From contig CAXXMR010000008.1 of the NCBI GenBank assembly GCA_963663805.2, forward strand, positions 128,001 through 192,000: a stretch of 64,000 nt of DNA, read 5' to 3'. Source of the stretch: Sedimentisphaerales bacterium (GTDB lineage Bacteria; Planctomycetota; Phycisphaerae; Sedimentisphaerales; SM23-30). Of this stretch, positions 33,030-42,489 are shown piece by piece. Position numbers and translations under genes: made by a program. The notes under the pieces are model-generated. The model did not search any database. It saw only the letters and a list, made by a program, of their open reading frames with translations, and was not told the origin of the DNA. Every line of letters starts with the position of its first letter. Position 1 is the stretch's first letter.

Positions 33030-33065
33030 CGGTGGACTCTGTCGCGAAAGCGTCGGGGTCCACCG
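33030..33065 (+). other. intergenic GNRA-capped stem-loop
   Basis: cggtggactctgtcgc-GAAA-gcgtcggggtccaccg, with G-U pairs on the + strand. Confidence 0.6.
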
Positions 33066-33109
33066 GTCTATACCGAGTTTGCTTAAATATTTATTTGCGG
33101 AGTAGTATT

Positions 33110-36100
33110 GTGAAAAAAGCGTCGTTACTGTTTGTGGTTATTTTAGCGGCTAACCTTTACGCTTTGGATATAAGCTCGGTTTTGAATAACGGGCAGGGTG
33201 ATTTCGACCCCTGGAACCAGACCCGTTGGGCAGCCTGGTATAGTGGCGGGGTGATAGTCGAAACTTTTGATATTAGCATCGACGTGACTTTTGCGACTCG
33301 TGCTACGGACTGGCGGCCTGAGCTTGACAGCTCTATCGCCGACAGTGCGATTTTTATGATTTCAGCCGGTCAGGGTTGTCTCATTGAAGGTAATGGTCTG
33401 GTTGTTGATATGCGCGACGCGGCTTATCTAAATTACACCTTGCTTCAGGCTTATCAGGGTGGTCGCAGTGAACTTGAAGCTTCTACCCTTGGCAATCATT
33501 GTTTTCGTTTTGTTCAGCCGGAAGATACTGGCATTGCCCAATCAACTATCATTCAGAATTTTACACTGCGTGGTTTTATTCAATCTATAAGGACCTGGAG
33601 GACTCAGGCCCATCCTCTTGTTGTTCGAAACTGCTATCTGACTCGTAACGAGTGGGGTGTTTATCTTAGTGGTCAAAATACTACCGTTACCGCCAATGAT
33701 TTCATCGAGAACGGGCAGGGGGCGATGTATTCCGGCTCCGGCAGTCACGATAATAATATTGTCGCCAATACCTACCGTGACAACACTTTTGTGGGGGCAG
33801 AGTCCTACGGCGATATTGTTATGGATACTGCCTACAACACGCTTGTTGAGCTTAATGATTTTCAGCCCTCCCAGCTGTCGGTCACCCGTTTCTTCTCTGC
33901 TGTTGCCATGTATCGCAATATGGGCGAAAATGACAGTTTACGTGAAGATGCCCCGCACAGCAATATCATACGCTATAACAACATTTCTGGTTATCCTGTT
34001 GGTTTCCATCTGGCCGCTCGTAACGGTCGTCGCACCGGCAATGATTTGTCATTGGAAGGTCGCGACTATTGCCACGATAATTATATCTGGGGCAATTATT
34101 TTGAGGATACCACCGTCGCCATCAAGATCAACTATTCTTACAATACCGTGGGCGGTAACAGTTTTGTGAATGTCGAATTTCCTATTGTTCTTCATTGTGT
34201 ATTTTACAATCTGATTGAAACTACTATTAATGCTCAATTACCTCAGGATGTATATTTCTGGCTTACACCTTCGGACTATACTTCTTACGCCTGGATGTTC
34301 CCTTATCATGACGACCGCGGCGGTCATATTGACGAAGCGGAGAAATTTATTCATTTGCGTACCGATTACGCGTCCGGTGGTTTCGGTTATTCAGGGCCGG
34401 CTACTTTTGTCGAACAGCCCAGTCTGGTAATTGGCGATGCTCCTGCGGTCGCTGATTATGACGGCAACAAATATATTGACCTGGTTGATTATGCTGTTCT
34501 GCTGGCGGCTTCTCAGAATGGGCGAAGCGACATGGTTTTGCCTGTGACCGATGGTTTGATTTTTCGCGTTGACGCTACATCTCTCGACTCAACAAATATT
34601 TCCGGTGAGGATTACATAACAAATCTGTACGACCAATCCGGCCATAACAATCACGCTTCTCAGGCCAACAGTTCATATCAACCCCGACTCATCGCTGGCG
34701 CTACTCCTAACACCTGCCCTGCAATTTTGTTTGATGGAACTGATGATTACATGCTGGTCGGTCCCGACAGTTCCTTTGAGTCTGATGCTCTGACTGGCTA
34801 TGTTGTTTTCCGTCCCGATGTTATTAATAATGGCAGATTTTACTGTGTCGGCTATGACGACGTATCTCCCTATCCCGGCAGCCAAACCAATTACGGTGCC
34901 TGGGCTTCCATGGCAGGTTCTTCCAGTTCCGTCGGTCTGACCGAAGGCTTTCGTGCCCTCGGACGTGATACATACACAACCTCTGGTTCGGTAAATTTTT
35001 CCGCGGCCCATACCGGCAGCTATACCGTCGATACCGGTCAATGGTTCATTGGCGGCAATGTCTGGAGCACTCAGGCTGCCGGTGCCAATCTCAGGGCGAT
35101 TATTCTTGACCAGAAAGGCCGTCGCCTCACCGGCACTCTTGATGATATAAATGCCTCTCTCTCCGGCCACCTGGCAACTCTCATCGGGGCGGCTTCGGCT
35201 ACTTCGAGTTTTTCACCCGGCACTTATTACTCCGGCAGTATCGCCGCGATTCTGATATATAATCGTGCTTTGGATTCCTCTGAGCAGACCCAGGTCGAGC
35301 AATATCTGTTTGACCGCTATATATCTTCGGTGTACTGGGAAAACACTCTTGATACTCAATACGCCAAGCCTCTCAAACTTATTGAAGACGCTCAGCCCGA
35401 TATATCCGCCTTTGCCGAACACTGGCTTGAGGGCTGCACTCTGGCAGATGTTTATTCCAGCGGCGGTACTCCTATCGACATTGCGGTTGGCGACTTTTAC
35501 ACCAACAGTTCCGGCGACGAAATTGCGGTAATCTGGGACCAGCCGGTTTCTGAGGTTTCCTATAACACTACCAGTGACCAGTATTACACCATAATATTTT
35601 ACGACAGCCGCGGTATGGAAATAAATCGTTCCGGTCGTTCGCTCAATAGGTGGAAAGCAATTGCGTCTGGTGATTTCATAAACAAAAAGGGTTATGAGGT
35701 CGCCGCGGTGTCTGATGTTTCGGTTGATGGCAAATATCCGGTTTATATTTTTGCTCGCGGCAGAGAAGAGCCGCTGGTAACTTTAATGGCAGATAATACT
35801 AATGAGATTCGCACCCTTGCGGGCGGAAATTTTCTTAATACCGGCGACAGTTATGACGAGGTTGCTGTAACCTATGAGCCCGGCGGACCCATGCAGATTG
35901 ATTTTGTCAAGCCTACGGACTCGACCTGGACCGCGACTACTACCGGCCTCAACGGTCGTCCCTGGGATATTGCCGGTGGCTTTTTCCATAAAGTCCTCGG
36001 TTTCCGTGACGGTATTGCCACCATCACCGACAACCCTATCAATGGTTATTATCGAATCAGTTTCTTTGCGGTTGGCGCAACTGCTCCTTTCACTCAGGTG

Positions 36101-36511
36101 GCTCTTGATAATACTGTTCGTTTTACTGCCCTGGCTGCTGCTCAATTTGATTCTTCGCTTACAGTTGACCAGGTTTGCGTCGCCGGTGCGGTAGAAAATG
36201 GAGTTTGTCAGATTGCTTATTACTCGGCCTATCAGGATTCGCCGTACCGCTACGCCGAACAATCTGTCATCTCCTCTGCGGTAACCGAGCTTGACGGGGG
36301 TAATCTTGGCTTTGCTTGCATCCCCGGTCCTTATGAAAAAGTAACCGGTATCTCTGCTTTTGGTTATGATGCCGAAGTTCCCACCTGGGGTGCCCAGACT
36401 GTTGTTCTGCCTCAATCGACTACCGGCTATTCAATCCCCGTCTATTGGCTCAGTAATGACCCTCAAAATACCGCTAATCAATACTTGAAAGTTACCCCTC
36501 TAATCAGATAA
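33110..36511 (+). CDS. secreted multidomain protein: right-handed beta-helix, dockerin-like/LamG, FG-GAP-like propeller
   Basis: GTG 33110 after GGAG gives a signal peptide; Asn-ladder repeats; ADYDGNKYIDLVDY; FDGTDDYM..IYNRAL; IAVGDF..DEIAV repeats. Confidence 0.8.
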   Translation: MKKASLLFVVILAANLYALDISSVLNNGQGDFDPWNQTRWAAWYSGGVIVETFDISIDVTFATRATDWRPELDSSIADSAIFMISAGQGCLIEGNGLVVDMRDAAYLNYTLLQAYQGGRSELEASTLGNHCFRFVQPEDTGIAQSTIIQNFTLRGFIQSIRTWRTQAHPLVVRNCYLTRNEWGVYLSGQNTTVTANDFIENGQGAMYSGSGSHDNNIVANTYRDNTFVGAESYGDIVMDTAYNTLVELNDFQPSQLSVTRFFSAVAMYRNMGENDSLREDAPHSNIIRYNNISGYPVGFHLAARNGRRTGNDLSLEGRDYCHDNYIWGNYFEDTTVAIKINYSYNTVGGNSFVNVEFPIVLHCVFYNLIETTINAQLPQDVYFWLTPSDYTSYAWMFPYHDDRGGHIDEAEKFIHLRTDYASGGFGYSGPATFVEQPSLVIGDAPAVADYDGNKYIDLVDYAVLLAASQNGRSDMVLPVTDGLIFRVDATSLDSTNISGEDYITNLYDQSGHNNHASQANSSYQPRLIAGATPNTCPAILFDGTDDYMLVGPDSSFESDALTGYVVFRPDVINNGRFYCVGYDDVSPYPGSQTNYGAWASMAGSSSSVGLTEGFRALGRDTYTTSGSVNFSAAHTGSYTVDTGQWFIGGNVWSTQAAGANLRAIILDQKGRRLTGTLDDINASLSGHLATLIGAASATSSFSPGTYYSGSIAAILIYNRALDSSEQTQVEQYLFDRYISSVYWENTLDTQYAKPLKLIEDAQPDISAFAEHWLEGCTLADVYSSGGTPIDIAVGDFYTNSSGDEIAVIWDQPVSEVSYNTTSDQYYTIIFYDSRGMEINRSGRSLNRWKAIASGDFINKKGYEVAAVSDVSVDGKYPVYIFARGREEPLVTLMADNTNEIRTLAGGNFLNTGDSYDEVAVTYEPGGPMQIDFVKPTDSTWTATTTGLNGRPWDIAGGFFHKVLGFRDGIATITDNPINGYYRISFFAVGATAPFTQVALDNTVRFTALAAAQFDSSLTVDQVCVAGAVENGVCQIAYYSAYQDSPYRYAEQSVISSAVTELDGGNLGFACIPGPYEKVTGISAFGYDAEVPTWGAQTVVLPQSTTGYSIPVYWLSNDPQNTANQYLKVTPLIR

Positions 36512-36570
36512 GGTATTGGTCGTATTATAATTCGATAAATAGCGATAGCGATATGTTTTGATAGACTATT

Positions 36571-36703
36571 GCAACCGTTTGCCTTTACCTGGAGCTTTTA
36601 CTTGTAAAATAGCTTTAGATGTGTGCGGCAGGGGAGGGGGTCATCTGTCTATTCATTGCAAACGTTTACTTTTTTCTTGAATGTTCGTTTCCTATACGTT
36701 AAG
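36571..36703 (+). promoter_or_regulatory. three LacI-type operator-like sites
   Basis: GCAACCGTTTGC (36571), GCAAACGTTTAC (36658), CTATACGTTAAG (36692); CG-centred like the sites at 25490 and 25603. Confidence 0.55.
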
Positions 36704-36750
36704 TTGAATTTATTGCTGGCGTAAATTGATACATTGCGAAAGGTTTGTTT

Positions 36751-39714
36751 ATGAATATTCCGGCTCGGGTTGCTTTTATATCTCTGGCTGTATCTCTTTA
36801 TGTCAGCGCGGCTTCTGAGCAGTATCCTTTCGAGCTGGTTCGGTTCAATAATCCTGATATTAATGTGGATATCAATGCCGGTCTGTCCGTTATGCCTCTG
36901 CCGCTGGACTGGAATAACGATGGTCAAATGGATTTGCTGCTGGCGGCCAGCACCGGCCCGGAAGGCAAGGGCACTTACTATTACGAAAATCTCGGTGGTA
37001 ATATCTTTGCGGCCGGTAAATACCTTTGTAGTCTTGACTGGCCTGTGACTATAAGTTACCTAGACAATAATCAGATTCGAGTCACCGACGGCCCCTTCGA
37101 ATATCTTGACTTTCGTGAGCATCTTAACGGTCGCCGCCAGAGATTCATGAAGTTCTCCGAATATTCCGGCTCCAGTCGTTTCCATCAGACTCGCATTGTC
37201 GATTATGATGGTGATGGAATATACGATGTGATTGTCTGTGTCGAGGATAATCGTGAGCATGAAGGTTTCGATGAGAAGGGCCGACCTATCCATGATTTCC
37301 CCCGCACTTATTCCAGTGATGGTAAATGGCTCGGCGGTAAAAAACACGGCTTTGTTTATCTTATGTCAAATACCGGCACCAACGATGAGCCCGACTATCA
37401 GCTGCCGCAAAAGATTACCACTTCCGATGGCAATATTATCGATACCGAAGGTGACCCGCAGGCCGTCTTTGGCGATTATGACCGTGATGGCGACCTCGAC
37501 TTGATTTGCGCGGAGTTTCTCGACCGGCTCACCTATTTTGAGAACATCGGCACCCGCACTGCTCCGGTCTATAAGCCCGGCAGCTTTCTGCAAATTGAGG
37601 GTCGGACCTATCATAACGATTCCTGCATGATGCTTATCACCGCGGTAGATTTCGATGGCGACAAATGGGTTGACCTGGTGATTGGTTCGGAGGATGGCAG
37701 AGTGTGTCTGCTCAGGAATCGTGCCGCGAACAACGGCGAACGGTTCGCTCCGCCGGGGTATTTCCAGCAGAACGGCAAGGATGCCCCCATCGCTTCCGGT
37801 TCCCTGTTAAGTCCGGTCGGTTGCGACCTGAATAATGATGGTCTGGGTGATTTGGTTTGCGGCAATGCCGGTGGGTACATTGAGTATATCCAGAATCTCG
37901 GTGGTTTTCCGGTTCGCTGGGCTCGGCCGGTCAAACTTCGCTCCGATGGTGAAGTTATCCGTTATCTTGCCGGTGAAAATCTTTCCGCTCAGGGCCCTTA
38001 CGAAGCCAAATGGGGTTATATCGCCCCCAGTATGGCCGATTGGGACCTGGACGGCCTTATCGACATTGTCTGGAACACTATCAGCGGTCAGGTTGAATGG
38101 TTTCGCAATATCGGGACAGCTCAGCAGCCTGCCTTTGCTGCCCGGCAGCCGGTGATGGTTGCCTTTGATGGCCCCACTCCCAAGCCTGTCTGGCTCTGGT
38201 GGGAGCCTCGCCCCGGCGAGCTCGTCACCCAGTGGCGAACCAATCCTTACGTGATGGATTATAATCGGGACGGTCTTAACGATATAATAATGATGGACCA
38301 TGAAGGGTTCCTGTCTTTTTACGAGCGTCAAATGCAGGATGGCAAACTTATTCTCCTGCCGCCCCAACATCTGGCCCGCTCCGACCGGGAATCTTTCTAT
38401 AATCTGGCCAATGCCCGTATCTTTATCGATGTGGACCATAATGGTCAGAATGACCTGACCCATCTCGACCCGCAGGGCCGGGCCCTCTATCATAACCGCA
38501 ACATGTTCACTAATAAGCGTACCGCTCAGGGCCTGCGTCCCAAAGACCTTATGTCTGCCACCGAAAAGATTACCGACCCTCAGCGTTTTTCACATTATCC
38601 TGACACTATGCCCGACCCCTTCCTGCTGCGGCTCAATGCCGGCTGGGAAGGCTCCAGCGGTCGCCGCAAGATTGCCCTGGTTGACTGGGACCTCGACGGC
38701 AATTTAGATTTGATTGCCAACAGTCCTTTTCAGGCGGCCTTCTTCCGGAATATCGCTTCTGATGGTCAGTTTGTCTTTCGCGATATGGGAGTTTTCGGCC
38801 TGATGCGTCTGGGTATGCACAGCTCATTCCCATCGGTGGTTGACTGGAACCGTGATAATGTCCCCGATTTGATTGTCGGCAGCGAAAGCGGCCATCTCTA
38901 TTATCTGGCCAATCCCCACGCCGCCATCAAACCGGCCCGGCAGGAGTATTTCGCCGCCGAACGCCTCTATCAGATTAATCTGGAGAGAATCAAGGGTCGG
39001 ACGCTTACCACTGCCTTGCGTAACTGCCGCCCGCTGGGTACCGCCTCTGTTTATAAAGAGAACGCCCCGGATCTATTTGTCCATGATGCCGACCATAATC
39101 TCGCCTTATTTAAATATCTCCACGCCAAACCTGACGGCACCGCCGTTTACACCTACGATGCCCCGATTAAATTTCCTTTGGCCGGTGCCGGATGCCATAT
39201 CCCCGCCTGCGTATTCCAGGTAAAGGATCACCCGCTCATCCACGCGATATTTTATGATAATAATCAGTTAATCCACTGCGTATATTATCCCGCTATCTAC
39301 GAATTCATCGAGTTGACCCGTTTCGATGTCGAATTGGTCAAAGGTCGGGTTGATTCACTGCTGGCATTGCCCGATGGCGCTAACAATCTGATGGTTCTGA
39401 TTGCCATAAATGCTGACTCGCAGCGAAGGATATATCAACTGACCCTCAATCCTTATCATAAAATTAATCTTGTCTCGGTCAGCACGGTTAAAACCAAAGA
39501 GAAATTTAAGGCCGCCATATTGGATTCTGCCGCTCCTGCGTATATAGTTGATGTCGCCCAAATGCTGCAAAGCAATATTTCGATAGGCTTCTATAACCAC
39601 ACCTTCGCGACTGACAACCTCGCTCCGGCGGCCTGTATGATCGCTCAGGACGGCAGGCTGTTCATCAGCGATTCTGATAATAAATTTGAAGTACACGAAA
39701 CCGCGGGTTTCTGA
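36751..39714 (+). CDS. secreted FG-GAP/VCBS repeat protein
   Basis: many D-[WYF]-x-x-DG-x-x-DL repeats; QGPYEAKWGY corresponds to QGPGEARWGY in the 23361 paralog. Confidence 0.87.
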   Translation: MNIPARVAFISLAVSLYVSAASEQYPFELVRFNNPDINVDINAGLSVMPLPLDWNNDGQMDLLLAASTGPEGKGTYYYENLGGNIFAAGKYLCSLDWPVTISYLDNNQIRVTDGPFEYLDFREHLNGRRQRFMKFSEYSGSSRFHQTRIVDYDGDGIYDVIVCVEDNREHEGFDEKGRPIHDFPRTYSSDGKWLGGKKHGFVYLMSNTGTNDEPDYQLPQKITTSDGNIIDTEGDPQAVFGDYDRDGDLDLICAEFLDRLTYFENIGTRTAPVYKPGSFLQIEGRTYHNDSCMMLITAVDFDGDKWVDLVIGSEDGRVCLLRNRAANNGERFAPPGYFQQNGKDAPIASGSLLSPVGCDLNNDGLGDLVCGNAGGYIEYIQNLGGFPVRWARPVKLRSDGEVIRYLAGENLSAQGPYEAKWGYIAPSMADWDLDGLIDIVWNTISGQVEWFRNIGTAQQPAFAARQPVMVAFDGPTPKPVWLWWEPRPGELVTQWRTNPYVMDYNRDGLNDIIMMDHEGFLSFYERQMQDGKLILLPPQHLARSDRESFYNLANARIFIDVDHNGQNDLTHLDPQGRALYHNRNMFTNKRTAQGLRPKDLMSATEKITDPQRFSHYPDTMPDPFLLRLNAGWEGSSGRRKIALVDWDLDGNLDLIANSPFQAAFFRNIASDGQFVFRDMGVFGLMRLGMHSSFPSVVDWNRDNVPDLIVGSESGHLYYLANPHAAIKPARQEYFAAERLYQINLERIKGRTLTTALRNCRPLGTASVYKENAPDLFVHDADHNLALFKYLHAKPDGTAVYTYDAPIKFPLAGAGCHIPACVFQVKDHPLIHAIFYDNNQLIHCVYYPAIYEFIELTRFDVELVKGRVDSLLALPDGANNLMVLIAINADSQRRIYQLTLNPYHKINLVSVSTVKTKEKFKAAILDSAAPAYIVDVAQMLQSNISIGFYNHTFATDNLAPAACMIAQDGRLFISDSDNKFEVHETAGF

Positions 39715-39744
39715 TAAACAAAGATTTGGGAAAGGCAAACCATA

Positions 39745-41370
39745 ATGCAAAGTCATTTCACTACCCTGGACTGGACCGTACTGGCGATATATTTCCTGGG
39801 CACCATGTCGATAGGTTTCTACTTCTATCGCAAGAGCCGTTCCACCGAAGGCTTCACTGCCGCCGGTCGTTCGCTGCCCGGCTGGGCCTGCGGATTGTCG
39901 ATCTTCGCCACCTACCTGAGCAGTATCAGCTTCCTGGCCTTGCCCGGCAAATCCTTCGCCACCAACTGGAACCCTTTCGTATTCAGTCTGTCTTTGCCCA
40001 TTGCCACCATTATTGCCTTGAAATACTTCCTGCCCTATTACCGCCGCACCGGTGAAGTCTCGGCCTATTCCCACCTGGAGCATCGTTTCGGCACCTGGGC
40101 CCGCATTTACACCAGCATATTCTATCTGCTCACCCAGTTAGCCCGCATGGGCGCGGTCATGTACCTTATGGCCCTGCCGCTGAGTCTGCTGCTGGGCTGG
40201 GATATTCGCGTCATCATCATCTTTACCTCATTGGCGGTTATCATCTATTCACTGGTCGGCGGTATCGTCGCGGTTATCTGGGCCGATGCCATGCAGGCCA
40301 TCGTCCTTATGGTCGGAGCCATAACCTGTGCGGTTTTGCTCATGAGCGACATCCCCGGCGGCACCGGCGAATTTGTCAGGATAGCTTCGGAACAGGATAA
40401 GTTCAGCCTGGGCAGTTTTGGTCTTTCCTTTACCGAAGCCACCTTCTGGATCGTATTGGTTTACGGTATCGTCATGAACCTCCAGAACTTTGGTATCGAC
40501 CAGAGTTTCGTGCAGCGTTATATCGCATCCAAATCCGACCGGGAAGCCCGCAAGAGCGTCTGGCTGGGCGGTCTGCTTTATGTCCCGGTTTCCCTGATAT
40601 TCTTCTTTATCGGTACGGAACTGTTCGTCTACTATCAGACCCATCCGGCTGACCTCAATGAAGTCAGAAACATCGTTGCCGCCGGTCAGTTGACCACCGA
40701 AGGGGTAACCGCTGAAGCAGCTGACTATCAGCAGCAGCTCGCCCAGCGCAGTGAATCACTTACCGACGCCGATATTGGCGATAAGGTCTTCCCGCATTTC
40801 ATTGGTGCCAAACTCCCGGCGGGCATGACCGGCCTGCTCATCGCCGCGATTTTTGCCGCGGCCATGAGTACCGTCTCGACCAGCCTCAACTCCTCGGCGA
40901 CGCTCCTGCTGACCGACTATTATAAACGCTTCTTTCGCAAGTATGCCGCCGACAAGGAATCCATGGTCTTCCTTTACGTCGCCACCTTAATCTGGGGTGT
41001 TATTGGTATGGGCGTCGCTCTGCTTTTAATCAGCGTCACCAGTGCTCTGGATGCCTGGTGGGTACTTTCGGGTATCTTCGGCGGCGGTATGCTGGGCGTA
41101 TTCCTGCTGGGCATGATAAGCAAACGAGCCGGTAACCCCGCCGCCGTCATCGGTGTGATCCTGGGCGTCCTGCTTATTGGCTGCATGTCCCTCTCGACGG
41201 ATCTGGGCACCTGGCTGCAAAACAGCAATGCCCCGACCGGCCTGACCAGTGCCATGGCGAAGATCAGCACACTCCATAAATTCCTCATCCCGATCTTCGG
41301 CACCATGATAATCCTCTTTACCGGCATCCTGGCTGCCTCTTTCTTCAAGAAAAGCGACCGGACCGGCTGA
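39745..41370 (+). CDS. sodium:solute symporter (SiaT-like)
   Basis: GRSLPGW, SSISFLALPG, SAYSHLEHRFG, DQSFVQRY, AAAMSTVSTSLNS. Confidence 0.92.
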   Translation: MQSHFTTLDWTVLAIYFLGTMSIGFYFYRKSRSTEGFTAAGRSLPGWACGLSIFATYLSSISFLALPGKSFATNWNPFVFSLSLPIATIIALKYFLPYYRRTGEVSAYSHLEHRFGTWARIYTSIFYLLTQLARMGAVMYLMALPLSLLLGWDIRVIIIFTSLAVIIYSLVGGIVAVIWADAMQAIVLMVGAITCAVLLMSDIPGGTGEFVRIASEQDKFSLGSFGLSFTEATFWIVLVYGIVMNLQNFGIDQSFVQRYIASKSDREARKSVWLGGLLYVPVSLIFFFIGTELFVYYQTHPADLNEVRNIVAAGQLTTEGVTAEAADYQQQLAQRSESLTDADIGDKVFPHFIGAKLPAGMTGLLIAAIFAAAMSTVSTSLNSSATLLLTDYYKRFFRKYAADKESMVFLYVATLIWGVIGMGVALLLISVTSALDAWWVLSGIFGGGMLGVFLLGMISKRAGNPAAVIGVILGVLLIGCMSLSTDLGTWLQNSNAPTGLTSAMAKISTLHKFLIPIFGTMIILFTGILAASFFKKSDRTG

Positions 41371-41724
41371 CAGTTAAATATTGCCAGTAAACAAAACTTC
41401 ATTGCCAGCTTACATTGCCCCAAAGTAAACTTACTTTGGGGCAAAACAGATTGACATCAGAACATTGTAAACTCACATCGCGGCATTGTGGGCTTGCAAT
41501 GGAGCAAAGTAAATTTACTTAGTAACGAAGTCAATTTACTTCAGAGCAAAGCCAATTTACTTAGTAGTAAAGTCAATCTACTTGGGAGCAAAGTCAATGG
41601 TGATTAGTATTGAAAATGGAGCCAGATTTGCATCGAAATCTGAGCCACTTAGGTTAGTAAAATAACGCCGATTTCGGCGTTGTCAATAGGGATTCTGGTC
41701 CTTTTTCGTTGGATTGAGGCTTTC

Positions 41725-42489
41725 TTAGCCTTCTTTTTTCCGTTTTTTCTCTAAACTCTGGTTAAGTCGCCAGCTGTCGGTTATGATTTCGACCACGCTC
41801 ACATGGTGGGTCAGTCGGTCCAGCAGAGCACCGGCTAATCTTTCATCATCGCCAAAGACCTGGGGCCAATCGGCGAATGGCAGATTCGTTGTTACGATCA
41901 GGCTGGTTTGTTCATAGCACTGGCTGAAAAAGCCGAACAGATGTTCCGCTCCGATACGGTCGAACGGGACATAGCCCAGTTCATCGATGATGATCAGGTC
42001 GCATTTTTTTATATAGCTCTCTAATTTCAACACCGCTCTTTCCTGTCGGGCTTCGAGATACGTATTAACCAGTTCAGCAGCGGTAAAAAACCGCACTTTA
42101 TAACCTCGTCGGCAGGCTTCCCGGCCGAGGGCGATGGCCAGATGACTTTTACCCACGCCCGGCGGGCCGGTAAAGACGATATTACTGCGGCGGTCGATAA
42201 AGCCGCACATCGAAAGGTCGATAATCTGTTTTTTATTTATCTGCGGCACGGCCATAAAATCAAAACTTTCAAGTTCCTTAGTCATGGGGAAGTTTGCCTG
42301 TTTCAATCTCCTGGCGATGGCCTGCGACTGTCGATGAAAGACTTCGATTTCGGCCAGTCTTTGCAGGTAACTTTCATAGGATTCGTTTGCCTGGGCGGAT
42401 GCCCGGGCAATTGTCTGATACTCTTTTTGAATTGTCGGAAGCTTCAGGGTCTTGAGATAGCTTTTTAATAAAACCATTGGATCTTTCAT
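41725..42489 (-). CDS. istB: IS21 helper ATPase
   Basis: GPPGVGKSH, LIIIDELGY, TTNLPFADW, LLDRLTHH. Confidence 0.96.
   Translation of the reverse strand: MKDPMVLLKSYLKTLKLPTIQKEYQTIARASAQANESYESYLQRLAEIEVFHRQSQAIARRLKQANFPMTKELESFDFMAVPQINKKQIIDLSMCGFIDRRSNIVFTGPPGVGKSHLAIALGREACRRGYKVRFFTAAELVNTYLEARQERAVLKLESYIKKCDLIIIDELGYVPFDRIGAEHLFGFFSQCYEQTSLIVTTNLPFADWPQVFGDDERLAGALLDRLTHHVSVVEIITDSWRLNQSLEKKRKKEG

Noticed and set aside
32834..33109. N-terminal extension of the 1225-aa ORF
   Set aside because: It overlaps the upstream gene and a hairpin; GTG 33110 has an RBS and gives a signal peptide.
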